Shown piece after piece: positions 9,401-16,711 of a DNA stretch of 59,310 nt (position 1 is its first letter; each line of letters begins with the position of its first letter). The notes beneath the pieces are model-generated. The model was not told the DNA's origin, ran no database searches, and saw only the letters and a program-made list of their open reading frames with translations. The stretch is from NCBI GenBank assembly GCA_013214905.1, contig JABSRV010000006.1:1-59310 (forward strand), given 5' to 3'. Source of the DNA: Psychrobium sp. GTDB lineage: Bacteria > Pseudomonadota > Gammaproteobacteria > Enterobacterales > Psychrobiaceae. The translations under genes and the position numbers were made by a program.

Positions 9401-9558
9401 ACGTTAATCGCCGCATTTCGGGTCAAGGAAAACGCTTAACCGCGGCGGTCGCCGACGACTTAGTGCTTGATGGCATTAACCGTTCTGAAGTGAAAATAAT
9501 TTCTACAGTTGACGAACTCAATTTCTGGGGGCCATTAAAAGGTTTTGCTGATTTATAA
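6406..9558 (+). CDS. SMC-like ATPase (MksB/JetC/DUF3584-type), N-terminal part, ending at an in-frame TAA
   Basis: Walker A GTNASGKTT; long Q/E/L coiled coils with a central hinge-like region; lacks the signature and Walker B, which lie in the next in-frame ORF. Confidence 0.85.
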   Translation: MASLRRIILIQTHLPGVVELLLDGHTNICGTNASGKTTLQRLIPVFYGELPSKVVPKTRKKFDDFYLPQSNSYLVYEYQREEGEVCQVVLTRSAKDGVQYRFVDAPYDKQQLLFQDDKGKVNAYEYDQWLTQLKALGIVSSRKISATSEYRAIIQNDTSGLRGNTSDGIKLRQLAARYALVAPRHKIRHMEKLVSAVHAKEGKMDTLRTMLAAIFEEDGLVQPTTRVKNAKARDWIMQMRQSMRLESLQGEQQNITELAGTLDVSEAQLALLRPLLVDDLQRSITQRADIEAQESQLKSQLNELKSSFAATQDDLNAQISQADAQLKTCDSQLEHLQSQFDEYQDKDMEQLASDSQSLPLWTEELTQKQQHYRILLEQYGDLEQQLNQQKLSLNESLDRLGQKNRKQIREIEQQRETVRGDQSDKKDHLTEQYQSRRTQLTTDFDEQLNHHRHQLIELQAQINNMGPSAQEQEDLQLSDKRLELAQDHWRSASEKQQRYNTEHQQSRQQQDKAQTALEHARTDLHQVEKKLRLLDLQMNPEQGSFRHFLRGELPGWENTVGKVINQELLDRSDLAPQLSQTASTSNSDVFGIKLALAEIASPSYAQDEIALQIEKERLENRFSSAKQTQAQCEEALTLAHDNTKQKLELLQQAKRKLDEADNELSFAKESKQRLLSNHQQALSERRTVAQGGLSTAQKQVQELEQQKKKNLHELSDDYHQQMLEFKADWQQEIDLLNQQINELESQIDQKRQSNKEQIKQLEDAFNLELANKDIDPNTLKDLQQGIDRLQRDIDQVRARQEELREYRSFMKVDWQRNRPKYLEQETELKALLQRLNSKLSQHQTAYKEQQLNLDQQITNCKNQLQQFRKLIDALQPLVGKLQELYFRNDLPLINEQNIGDQAERLSRASSALEARSKQARELKDKLNSFESLLMSDAQKQFLDLLQSELSRLDENADPRDKLPIFKDLLQILADQQRQILEQGETIGGDLHKFFTVFSDVNRRISGQGKRLTAAVADDLVLDGINRSEVKIISTVDELNFWGPLKGFADL

Positions 9559-10074
9559 ATGCAGTGGCGTGAATCTGGCAAAGACTTACCGAGCAATGAT
9601 TACATTAACGCGCTGTCTGACGTGGTTGACTTGCTGCGCAGCGATTCGAGTTATTCTATTGAGTCGTTATTACGTATTGAGCTGCACCTTAATGAAGGCG
9701 GCAGCGATTTAGTGATCAAAAACGATCGTCAGTTGCTTGAATCATCAAGCCATGGCATGTCCTATTTGATTTTGTGCAAGTTTTTACTCGCCTTTACCCG
9801 TTTGTTACGTGGCGAAGCCAAACTTAACGTGCATTGGCCGATAGATGAAATTGGCACATTGGCTTATCATAACGTGGAAAAATTATTTAAGGCCTGTGAT
9901 AAAAATGACATTAGCATTGTTGGAGCATTCCCTAATCCTGAGTCGGACGTGCTGACTCTGTTTAAGCATCGTTATTTAATTGATAAAGAAAAGAAACGTC
10001 TGCAACGCATAGAGCCAAAGATTAGCCGTATCGCATTGAAAATAGCGCAGCAACAAAAAATGGAGGTTAGCTAA
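9559..10074 (+). CDS. C-terminal head lobe of the SMC-like ATPase (same frame as 6406..9558)
   Basis: ABC signature-like SSHGMS and Walker B/D-loop WPIDEIGTL; ATG immediately follows TAA. Confidence 0.85.
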   Translation: MQWRESGKDLPSNDYINALSDVVDLLRSDSSYSIESLLRIELHLNEGGSDLVIKNDRQLLESSSHGMSYLILCKFLLAFTRLLRGEAKLNVHWPIDEIGTLAYHNVEKLFKACDKNDISIVGAFPNPESDVLTLFKHRYLIDKEKKRLQRIEPKISRIALKIAQQQKMEVS

Positions 10075-10695
10075 ATGATCGAACATGGCCCTTTATTAGA
10101 GCAGTTATTGGCGGGCGCTAGCATTTGTCAGATTAGTGACGAAGAAGCATTTCGCCGTCTGCAAGACGAAGTGACCCGCGAAGAGCTCAATCACTTTTTA
10201 CGACCACTCAATCGCCGCTTAGCACAGAGCCAAGATGGCAGTGTATTCTTTTTGGCTTATCAAGAGCTTAATAGCCAGTCACGTGAGCATTTAAGCCGTG
10301 AATTTAAGCTGACCATTCAGTCCTTATTACCGTTATTAGAATGGATGCAATTGGTGCAAGAGTGCTTAGGTCGGGATGGCGCCATTACCGCTGGCGATAC
10401 CATTAAGTTGCAAGAATTTTCCTTGAAAACCGAAGATAATCAGTCTTTGCGTCAGCGTTTCAATCAACTGGCCAGTGATCGTTTCTTTAAGTCGAGCAGT
10501 GATAATTTAGACGTGCAAATTAAGCAAGTCTTTAAACGCCTCAAAGAGTCTGGTTATTTACATCAGCCGCACAAAGAGCGCCAGTTCTATGTCGTGACCG
10601 GTAAAATTGAGCAACTGATTGAGTTGGTGCGTTTTATTAAAGACGAAGAAAGCCTGCCGCTTGATGAGATGCCGCAACAAGAGTCAATGTTCTAA
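10075..10695 (+). CDS. KITE subunit (MksE/JetB-like)
   Basis: About 200 aa with tandem winged-helix pattern (LKESGYL...YVVTGKIE); translationally coupled inside the SMC operon. Confidence 0.7.
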   Translation: MIEHGPLLEQLLAGASICQISDEEAFRRLQDEVTREELNHFLRPLNRRLAQSQDGSVFFLAYQELNSQSREHLSREFKLTIQSLLPLLEWMQLVQECLGRDGAITAGDTIKLQEFSLKTEDNQSLRQRFNQLASDRFFKSSSDNLDVQIKQVFKRLKESGYLHQPHKERQFYVVTGKIEQLIELVRFIKDEESLPLDEMPQQESMF

Positions 10696-11972
10696 TGGCC
10701 GGTACAAGAAAGACCTTTAAGGACAAAAATCAAAGTCCACAAAGTCGCTTGCATGCGTTAGGCGTGGCCCGTTTAACCTTAATAGGTAAACATAGCGAAC
10801 AGTTAATGCAGGCGTATATCGGCGGCCATTTTGACGAAACAAGTCTTAGTGACGTCATTATTGACAAGTTGGTTAAGGCGCGCGTATTACATCGCCCCGA
10901 TGAAGAGCAGCCGTTGTGTTTGCGCCCCGACGTTAACGCGCTGATTGCTAGTTTGACCGAAGACGAGCGTAAACGACAAATTAACGCCGACGTTGCAGGG
11001 CAACTTGAGCAAATTCGCACCCGAGTTAAGCATTTTACCGACGCACAATATCGTGGTGATTACGCGGCAAGTGAACATCATTTTCAGTTATTAGCTGAAA
11101 AAGTGCATGACATGACCGGCCAGTTTAGTGACGCCATTGCCAGTTTATGGAATAGATTAAACTCTGACTTTGGTTTTGTTAGTAACCTAGGCGATAAGAT
11201 CCGTGAAAACGAATTGGCGCAAAAACAGCTGCGCCGGTTATTGGATGGTTTTCAATTAATCGACTTTAACGAGTTGATTGAGCTGGCGCAAAGCAGTGGC
11301 CCATTGCGAAAGCTGTTGGTGAGTCAACTGCAAGTGACAATTTCAGATCATGCAAGCTCATTGCTCGAAGTGCAAAAGCGCTTGGTTGAGTTGATGGCAA
11401 GGTTTAGAGAGCAGCAAGAGCGTGCGCAACTGATTAATAACATGGCGTCGTTTTTAAAGCAGCATCCTAATTTTCAAGTGGGTGATTACCCAAATCGTTC
11501 AAGCGTGCTTGAAATCATCAACCATGCCGCGCCAATTATCGCTAATGCCGCGCCTGCGCTTGATCGCATTGCGGATCAACAGATATTGGCTGACATTGTG
11601 CGCGCCATTGACGTTAAAACTCATGATAGTGTGGTGGTATTAGAACAAGGCAATGAATTTGATGTTGACGAAATGCTGGCGATTGAAGCACGTCATTTAC
11701 AGCTAAAAGAAGACGTAGAGAACTTCTTTATTAGCGTGCTTGGCAGTGATTGTCAGTTAAGCGCCGTCGACTACTTGGCAGAACAACAACTGACATGGGA
11801 TGGTGAGTTATGGTTGTTCCAAGTGATTGCCGAATATGAAGGCATGGTGAAATCGTTGCAACAAAGCTTTGATTTGGAGAAGGACATGGCTCCTGAGAAT
11901 CTATTCAATCAGGTTGATATTATTGTTGATGTGCAATTATCCGAAAGCCAGTTGGCACGAGTGAATGGCTAA
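10695..11972 (+). CDS. Kleisin subunit (MksF/JetA-like)
   Basis: About 425 aa, helical, N-terminal wHTH-like segment then coiled-coil bundle; position in the operon; TAATG overlap. Confidence 0.65.
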   Translation: MAGTRKTFKDKNQSPQSRLHALGVARLTLIGKHSEQLMQAYIGGHFDETSLSDVIIDKLVKARVLHRPDEEQPLCLRPDVNALIASLTEDERKRQINADVAGQLEQIRTRVKHFTDAQYRGDYAASEHHFQLLAEKVHDMTGQFSDAIASLWNRLNSDFGFVSNLGDKIRENELAQKQLRRLLDGFQLIDFNELIELAQSSGPLRKLLVSQLQVTISDHASSLLEVQKRLVELMARFREQQERAQLINNMASFLKQHPNFQVGDYPNRSSVLEIINHAAPIIANAAPALDRIADQQILADIVRAIDVKTHDSVVVLEQGNEFDVDEMLAIEARHLQLKEDVENFFISVLGSDCQLSAVDYLAEQQLTWDGELWLFQVIAEYEGMVKSLQQSFDLEKDMAPENLFNQVDIIVDVQLSESQLARVNG

Positions 11973-12865
11973 TGAAAAGCTTTAGCGCACGGATGCGCAA
12001 AGAGCTTCATCGCTTACAAAGCCGCTCGGTAATGAACAGTGAATTCACTTGCAAGCTTAGTCCTTGGTTACGCCAATGTATAACATGGTGCGATGAACAG
12101 AATATAGCATTAGGTAGAAGCCTTGGTCATGATAAATACATTGTTAGCCGAGCTTCGATAGAATCTATTGATAGATGGCTGAAGCTTAACGATCAAGGAT
12201 CGTTATGTGATGACTATAGTAAGCAAGATCGCACGCAAACCGCGAAATCGGCATTTGACGACAAACTTAGCGGCATAAAGCCCAAAGATCATTTACTGCT
12301 TGTCGCTCTAACCAATAGCGAGTTAATACAGCCACTCGCCAATGCCTTTCATCAACATCACCTTCCAGCTCAAATCAATTTCGAAATATCGGTGTTCGAC
12401 ATCGATTTAGCGCCTTATCAGCAATTAATTATTATTGAAAATAGAGACAGTTTTAACGACTGGTCAACGTTTGCTGCACAAGTTCAGGTTAAATATTTCC
12501 TGTTACAGCATGCCTTGGTGATATATCGTGGTAATGAGCGTGGTGAATCAAAAGCCTGCAAACGGCTGATTGCGCGGTGGTCTAATGAAAAAACAACACA
12601 CTCGATTATTGGCTTTGGGGATTATGATTGGGCGGGACTACATATAGCTATTAGCAGTGGTTATGGTCAATTATTGCTGCCCGCGCAAAGCGACATTATC
12701 AAACTACGTCATGAGCTAGTCAGTGACGACAGTGAACCTTATCGACAACGTGACTTAATGGCTAAATGTCCTCAGCAATGGCAAACATTGTTAAGCCTGC
12801 TTAATGACAGCCAGCAAGGGATATTGCAGCAACGTATGGTTGGAATATCATTGCATTTACACTAA
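11972..12865 (+). CDS. TOPRIM-fold nuclease (MksG/JetD-like)
   Basis: TOPRIM motifs IIIENRDSF (catalytic Glu) and GFGDYDWAGL (DxD); last gene of the SMC operon. Confidence 0.75.
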   Translation: MKSFSARMRKELHRLQSRSVMNSEFTCKLSPWLRQCITWCDEQNIALGRSLGHDKYIVSRASIESIDRWLKLNDQGSLCDDYSKQDRTQTAKSAFDDKLSGIKPKDHLLLVALTNSELIQPLANAFHQHHLPAQINFEISVFDIDLAPYQQLIIIENRDSFNDWSTFAAQVQVKYFLLQHALVIYRGNERGESKACKRLIARWSNEKTTHSIIGFGDYDWAGLHIAISSGYGQLLLPAQSDIIKLRHELVSDDSEPYRQRDLMAKCPQQWQTLLSLLNDSQQGILQQRMVGISLHLH

Positions 12866-12877
12866 AACTGTTAACTA

Positions 12878-12932
12878 ACAAATTATAATTTGTCAGTATC
12901 GTTGACAAATTATAATTTGCCAACGATACTGA
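12878..12932 (+). promoter_or_regulatory. Sigma70 promoter embedded in a palindromic operator array
   Basis: TTGACA (12902-12907)-N17-GATACT (12925-12930); 40-bp near-perfect palindrome at 12893-12932; core ACAAATTATAATTTG repeated at 12878 and 12905. Confidence 0.75.
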
Positions 12933-12960
12933 TGTTATACGCTTTGTTTGGGAGTTGATG

Positions 12961-14121
12961 ATGAAAATAGTTGTTGGTCAAGTTGTAAGAGGTAGCGATT
13001 TCTGGGCGAGAGATGATGAAATCGAAGATATTTGGGACGCTATAGAAAGTGGCTGTCACCTTATTCTGACTGCACCTCGTCGTGTGGGCAAGACATCTAT
13101 CATGCATAAGATACTTGACGAACCTAAACCTAATTACATCCCCATTTATGTGGATACAGAGTCTGCTGATACTGAAAATGAATTTTGGCAAAAACTATTC
13201 CACGCATTGCTAGATGAAGATTTTGTTAAGTCACTTAAAACATCAGCCAAACTTTTTATTAATCAACTATCCAAGATAAGAATTAGTAAAATATCGACCA
13301 GTGGTGTTGAGTTTTCTGATGGTGATACTTTAGATTATAAACAGGCTTTTAAAAAGCTAATTAAAGATCTAGATAGCGATCAAAAACTTATTATTATGAT
13401 TGATGAATTTGCGCAAACTATTGAAAATATAATTAATTATGAAACGCCTAAAAACGCAATTAGTCTATTGAAGTCCCATCGTGAATTAAGGCAAGATACT
13501 AACTTTTCAGACAAAGTTACTATTATTTATGCCGGCTCAATTGGTCTTGAAAGCGTGGTGGCAAAAATACACTCTAGTAAACATATCAACGATTTAAATC
13601 GCATAAAAATATCCCCACTATCAAAAAACGAAGCCGCACAATTTGTAGCGCAGCTTTTTAGTGGTGCGAATGTTGTTGCTACTACCAATGATATTGATTA
13701 TCTACTAGAAAAAATAGAATGGTTAATACCATTTTATATTCAATTGATTACTCAAGAGATTAAAAAGCTCTACAGAAAGTCATCAATGGTTGATCTCATG
13801 CTGATCGATCAAGCGATTAATAACGCGCTCGACAATAGGAACCATTTTGAAAGTTGGTTTAGCAAATTAAAAACAGGACTTGATAAGCAGGATTATTTAT
13901 TTGCAAAAGGCATTCTAAATCAAATGTCTGAACAATATTCTCTAGATTCACTAACCATTTTTGATATAGCTACCAAGCATAAGCTCGAAGCTGATGACGC
14001 GAAAGAAGTGCTTAGATCGCTTATTTATGACGGTTACATTAATAATAACGACAGCGTTAAAGAATATCGTTTTAACTCTCCAATCTTAAGAATGTGGTGG
14101 AACAAAAATGTCGCTAACTAA
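12961..14121 (+). CDS. STAND-like/AAA+ P-loop ATPase with C-terminal winged helix
   Basis: FWARDDEI, Walker A TAPRRVGKTS, Walker B LIIMIDE, C-terminal LRSLIYDGYI...YRFNSPILRMWW; GGAG RBS favours ATG 12958/12961. Confidence 0.8.
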   Translation: MKIVVGQVVRGSDFWARDDEIEDIWDAIESGCHLILTAPRRVGKTSIMHKILDEPKPNYIPIYVDTESADTENEFWQKLFHALLDEDFVKSLKTSAKLFINQLSKIRISKISTSGVEFSDGDTLDYKQAFKKLIKDLDSDQKLIIMIDEFAQTIENIINYETPKNAISLLKSHRELRQDTNFSDKVTIIYAGSIGLESVVAKIHSSKHINDLNRIKISPLSKNEAAQFVAQLFSGANVVATTNDIDYLLEKIEWLIPFYIQLITQEIKKLYRKSSMVDLMLIDQAINNALDNRNHFESWFSKLKTGLDKQDYLFAKGILNQMSEQYSLDSLTIFDIATKHKLEADDAKEVLRSLIYDGYINNNDSVKEYRFNSPILRMWWNKNVAN

Positions 14122-16228
14122 CTATTCGCGTTATAAATATACGCCTGATGAAATGAGCGAAGGAGAGTTTTTATCAAAGTTTGTCGTTAGGAATAATGAA
14201 TTTGAAGAAATATTTGAAGACATTACCCAAGCGAACTACAGCGTACCAACGCAGCATTATATTATTATTGGCCAGCGAGGGCAGGGAAAAACGACATTGT
14301 TACGCAAAATAATGTTAGAGGTTCAGTCTGACACTCAATTGTCGGCATTTATATTGCCGATAAAGTTTGCAGAAGAGCAATATCAAATACGTTCGTTAAG
14401 TCGTTTGTGGGAAGAAGTGGCTGACTATCTGCAAAGTTATTATCCAAGTGATTTCCCCGATGTTTTAGATAACATGGAATTGCATTTTGACGACGATGAT
14501 TATGAACTGAAATGTTTTTCATATTTAGAAAAAGCGGTTAATGCAAAAAAAAAGAAGCTCGTGTTATTAATCGACAACATTGATGAACTTTTAGGGAAAT
14601 TGAAGATTAAGGAGCAGCGTCAGTTTCGAGAAATATTACTAAGCTCTGCGATGTTCAGAATCATTGGTGGTTCAACGAAAATGTTAGAGCAGCATTTCGA
14701 TTACGGTAAACCTTTTTATGAATTCTTCAAAATAGTAAAAATTGTTGGCTTAGACAAAGATGAAAGTTTACTTTTTTTACGAACCATTGCTAATGAACAA
14801 CAAAGAGACAAAATAGAAAAAATCATTGAGCATTCACCAGAGCGAATAGAAACCCTGAGACGATTAACGGGTGGAGTGCCAAGAACCTTAGTCATGTTAT
14901 TTGATATTTTTATTGAAGAGAGTGATAACGCGTTTGAAGATCTGCTTAAAGTATTAGCTGACGCCACGCCGCTTTATAAGCATCGAATGGATGATTTACC
15001 TGATATGTTGCAAGATATTACCCATCATATCGCGATGAACTGGGATGGCATGTTAACCAAAGATATTGCGAAAAAAACGCGTCTTGAAAGTAAAGTCGTC
15101 TCGGCGCAGTTGAAGCAACTGGAGCAGAAGTACGGCATTATTGAGTCGGTGTCTATTGGTAAGAATAAAATTTATAAGATTGAAGAACGATTTTTTAATA
15201 TTTGGTATTTAATGCGTTATGGACGAAAGAATCAGCGCCAAAAAGTAGAATGGTTAGTACGTTTTCTAGTGTCGTGGTGCTCTCCTGCCGAACTTGAGTC
15301 ACGAGCGAGTCGTTTAATCGACGCGGTGAAAGAAAATAAGCTTCAAGAATCCTACGCCTATAATATGTGTGAAGCATTAAGTTATACAGGGTTAGAGGTC
15401 ACAACCGAACATGAAATGAAAACGCAGGTTAAAAGCTATTTAATTAGCAAAGATTCGAACTTAGTGAGGGAGGTCTCGCCGTCTGATTTCGATATATTGA
15501 AACAAGCGATAGAGCTGTCTCAAAATAAAGATAATCCAGGCGCTATTTCTTTATTACTTGATTCGACAAAAAGCAGCAATGAAATCCATTATCTTTTAGC
15601 ACTTCTATACGCAATAACAGGGCAACTCGAGCAAGCTAAAATGTTTTATTTAGAAGCAATTAAAAGTGGCAACAATGAAGCCCTATATGATCTTGGATTA
15701 TTATATGAAGATGAAAAAAGCTATGACAAAGCACAAGAATACTATTTAAGAGCAATAGATAGCGGCAATCAAGAAGCGGTTCATTCTATAGGTCGGTTGT
15801 TTTTTAAACAGGCGGCGCAATCGGAAACAGCACTTTTATTGACAACAAAAGCTTATGAGAAAGCTAAAACTTATCACAATACACACAGTTTGGCGGTTAT
15901 CTCATTGTGGCTGGAAGACTTCACGGTTAGCTATGATAAATTTATCGAATGGCTTGAATATGATGAGCTAGATTATTCAACTAATGATATTCCCGATTAC
16001 CTGTGTTTATTGATGGCTAAAAAACAATATTATAAAGCGAAAGAGTTTTTTGAGTTGGCAGAGCATGATTTTAAAAATAGATACAAACCTCTTTGGTACG
16101 CTTTAATGAGTTTGATGCAAGATGATTTTCCACATGAAATTAAAAAAATGGGCAGTGAGTTAATCGAAAGTGTTGATGAGGTTTTACAAAAAATTACACA
16201 GCTAAATGTTAAATATTCGCTAGATTAA
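14108..16228 (+). CDS. STAND-like ATPase with wHTH and TPR/Sel1 repeats
   Basis: FVVRNNE, Walker A GQRGQGKTT, Walker B LVLLIDNIDE, LTGGVPR (STAND GxP), HTH (TKDIAKKTRLESKVVSAQLKQL), Sel1/TPR repeats (ALYDLGLLYE..KSYDKAQEYYLRAIDSGN); overlaps upstream gene by 14 nt. Confidence 0.82.
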   Translation: MSLTNYSRYKYTPDEMSEGEFLSKFVVRNNEFEEIFEDITQANYSVPTQHYIIIGQRGQGKTTLLRKIMLEVQSDTQLSAFILPIKFAEEQYQIRSLSRLWEEVADYLQSYYPSDFPDVLDNMELHFDDDDYELKCFSYLEKAVNAKKKKLVLLIDNIDELLGKLKIKEQRQFREILLSSAMFRIIGGSTKMLEQHFDYGKPFYEFFKIVKIVGLDKDESLLFLRTIANEQQRDKIEKIIEHSPERIETLRRLTGGVPRTLVMLFDIFIEESDNAFEDLLKVLADATPLYKHRMDDLPDMLQDITHHIAMNWDGMLTKDIAKKTRLESKVVSAQLKQLEQKYGIIESVSIGKNKIYKIEERFFNIWYLMRYGRKNQRQKVEWLVRFLVSWCSPAELESRASRLIDAVKENKLQESYAYNMCEALSYTGLEVTTEHEMKTQVKSYLISKDSNLVREVSPSDFDILKQAIELSQNKDNPGAISLLLDSTKSSNEIHYLLALLYAITGQLEQAKMFYLEAIKSGNNEALYDLGLLYEDEKSYDKAQEYYLRAIDSGNQEAVHSIGRLFFKQAAQSETALLLTTKAYEKAKTYHNTHSLAVISLWLEDFTVSYDKFIEWLEYDELDYSTNDIPDYLCLLMAKKQYYKAKEFFELAEHDFKNRYKPLWYALMSLMQDDFPHEIKKMGSELIESVDEVLQKITQLNVKYSLD

Positions 16229-16241
16229 TGGTTGTCGTATA

Positions 16242-16265
16242 TAGGGGCTTTATAGCAGCCCCTAA
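16242..16265. terminator. Possible terminator hairpin after the ATPase pair
   Basis: TAGGGGCT-N-AGCCCCTA inverted repeat; no clear U-tract. Confidence 0.45.
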
Positions 16266-16289
16266 TAAACCAACCAGAAAACTTACATT

Positions 16290-16311
16290 AACAACTAATT
16301 AATTAGTTGTT
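16290..16311. promoter_or_regulatory. Putative BlaI-family operator
   Basis: Perfect 22-bp palindrome AACAACTAATTAATTAGTTGTT 7 nt upstream of the repressor ATG. Confidence 0.7.
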
Positions 16312-16318
16312 TTAAATC

Positions 16319-16708
16319 ATGGCAAGACCAAAATCAGAAAACCTCACCGATACAGAGCAATCAATCATGAAGATTTTATGGCGTGATGGCGAATGTTCGG
16401 TCAAGGCAATTACCGCGGTATTAAGCGAAGTAAAAATCACCGCTTACACGTCGGTGCAAACCATGTGCAAAATTATGGCGGAGAAAGGCTACGTTGAGTT
16501 TCGAAAAGACGGCAGAGCGTTTTTATATAGCGCCGTATTAAGCGAAACTGACGCGCAGCAAAGTGCGCTTAAGACCCTGCTCAATCGATTTTTCGGTGGT
16601 TCATCGCAATTGCTAACGCAACATTTAATGACGCAAAGTGATATTGATATGGATGCGCTGCAAGAGCTGCAAGACAAACTTGATCGTAAAAGCAAAGACG
16701 ATAAATAG
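16319..16708 (+). CDS. BlaI/MecI/CopY-family repressor
   Basis: LTDTEQSIMKILW...AYTSVQTM...KGYV...GRAFLY and RFFGGS motifs. Confidence 0.92.
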   Translation: MARPKSENLTDTEQSIMKILWRDGECSVKAITAVLSEVKITAYTSVQTMCKIMAEKGYVEFRKDGRAFLYSAVLSETDAQQSALKTLLNRFFGGSSQLLTQHLMTQSDIDMDALQELQDKLDRKSKDDK

Positions 16709-16711
16709 CAC

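Noticed and set aside
6406-11972. Housekeeping mukFEB
   Set aside because: Gene order differs, the SMC is not MukB-like in sequence, and a TOPRIM gene follows
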